64,000 nucleotides of DNA, from the NCBI RefSeq assembly GCF_030144855.1, contig NC_082729.1:17360001-17424000 (forward strand), given 5' to 3'. The position numbers and the translations under genes are program-made. The notes under the pieces were generated by a model that saw nothing but the letters and a program-made list of their open reading frames with translations, ran no database searches and was not told the origin of the DNA. This DNA comes from Hypanus sabinus. Lineage: Eukaryota. Below are positions 62,590-64,000 of the stretch, piece by piece (position 1 is the first letter of the stretch; each line of letters begins with the position of its first letter).

Positions 62590-63335
62590 TGGCAACACCC
62601 TTGTCTTTGGAAATAGCTCTATTTCCATCTTTAATATCTTTATTTTTCCCTTTCTGGAAGACCCTGACCTGAAGTTACATGCTAACTATGGTTCTTTGCG
62701 GGAATGGGACACACTCTTGGGGTTTCAGGACTGGCTGCTGTTCTGCACACCAGGGGCTTGGTTTAAGTGTGTGGCTCGGCTTTGGAGGCCTAGGATTTTG
62801 GACCGCCAGAGATGGCCAGATCGAAGGTCATTATCACAACAGGAGACCTGAATGTCATCGGTGAGTCAGAATATCTGCAGCTTTGTGCCCAGAGACTCGA
62901 GCTCTTTGGGTACAGAGCTCGAAAAAAGCAACGCAGTGGACTTTTAACACAGTAAACCAGCGAGTTGTTTGTTATGTCTCCCCACTCACTGTGAAAACGG
63001 ACACACCTCTTTCTCCCTTATTGGGGAGAAAGAGAACCTGTGGTACGTCGAATCTGGGTGAACAATGCAGCCTTTGGGGTAACTGCAAGTCCGTGATTTT
63101 CCTGTTGCTTCGCTGCACACTTGAGTGCTCGGTGGCAGGTGTTGATGCTTCCTTTTTGCTGGTGGGGGAGTAGGTTTGTTGCTTCCTGCTGCTTACATGT
63201 GGGAGGGACTTTGGGGTTTTAACATTTGACTGTTGTTCATTCTTTGGGGCACTCCTCTGTTTTCATGCATGGTTGTGAAGAAAAAAACATTTCAAGATGT
63301 ATATTCTAAACATTTCTCTGACATTAAATTTACCT
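62590..63335 (+). mobile_element. Non-autonomous element with a Rex-like 3' tail
   Basis: Absent from the paralogous segment near 39730; ends ...tttcaagatgtata...ctgacattaaa like the Rex tails elsewhere in the window. Confidence 0.45.
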
Positions 63336-63494
63336 ATGAAACCTCTGAGCAATGTTGATATGCAGAGGGATGTTGGAGTCCGAATCCATGGCTACACATG
63401 TTGTTCACCTGGTAAAGAAGGCGTTTTACTTGCTTGAATTGATCAGCTGAGGTGACTGCAGGAGTCAGGAAGTTATGTTGTAGTTTTAGTTTGG

Positions 63495-63880
63495 AATATA
63501 CTGAGGCCAGCTCTGGAGTACTGTCTGAGCATCCTCTGGAATAGTCCATAAGTCTAGTTAGGCCTTCTATGGAGTACTTTCTAGACTTCCCTTGGAGTAG
63601 AGTCAAAAACTCCAGTTAGACCTGCTATGGAATCTAAAAGTCTAGGTAGGCCTCCACTGCAGTAGCTTAGACCTCTTCAGGATAAAAACAAAACTAGTTA
63701 GGCCATATCTGGAGTAGCCTAAAACTCTAATTAGACCTTATCTGGAGTGGAGTCTAAGGTCTAGTTAGGACTCCTGCGGAGTTGAGTCAAATGTCTAGTT
63801 TGCCCTTCCCTGGAGTAGAGTTTACAATACCAGTTAAGTCTCCTCTGCAGTGCTGATCAAAAATCTAGTTCAGCCTTCTC
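63495..63880 (+). repeat. Degenerate ~35-bp minisatellite derived from CR1
   Basis: About 11 units resembling AAAACTCTAGTTAGGCC(TC/AT)(C/A)TCTGGAGTAG. Confidence 0.85.
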
Positions 63881-64000
63881 AAAGCCTCAAAGACAATTTT
63901 CTAATCAAAGTATGTATAAATTATACAATCTTGGGATTCATCTGCTTACAGGCAGCCACAAAACCCAATTTAAAAAAAAAGATGAACTCCTAATCTATAG

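Overview
Vertebrate (eukaryotic) genomic DNA. The repeat content (abundant Penelope-derived elements, CR1, Rex/Babar, HE1-like V-SINE, Tx1/L1) points to a cartilaginous fish, probably a ray; this is inference. The window is a repeat-rich gene cluster. It holds one tRNA-Thr(AGT), three C2H2 zinc-finger array genes (8, 17 and 13 intact fingers, no KRAB-like or other effector domain visible), two decayed ZNF relics, one replication-dependent H2B interrupted by a 131-N assembly gap, and H2A/H2B pseudogene fragments. The three ZNF genes are copies of one multi-kb cassette: CpG-rich promoter, shared intron, finger exon whose first in-frame ATG sits in a TGERP linker, conserved 3'UTR, then a retroviral-like LTR. 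Two of the three LTR copies keep a tRNA-Ser primer-binding site, and one leads into gag/pol remnants. Other notable structures: a duplicated ~610-bp element with a 38-bp hairpin and nested stems flanking an L1 3' fragment, a 50-bp tandem array resembling CTCF sites, Penelope-type minimal hammerhead motifs, a 5'-inverted Tx1/L1 copy, and a minisatellite grown from a CR1 RT motif. No prokaryotic system or CRISPR array is supported. Everything was read by eye, so repeat boundaries are approximate and family names unverified by search.
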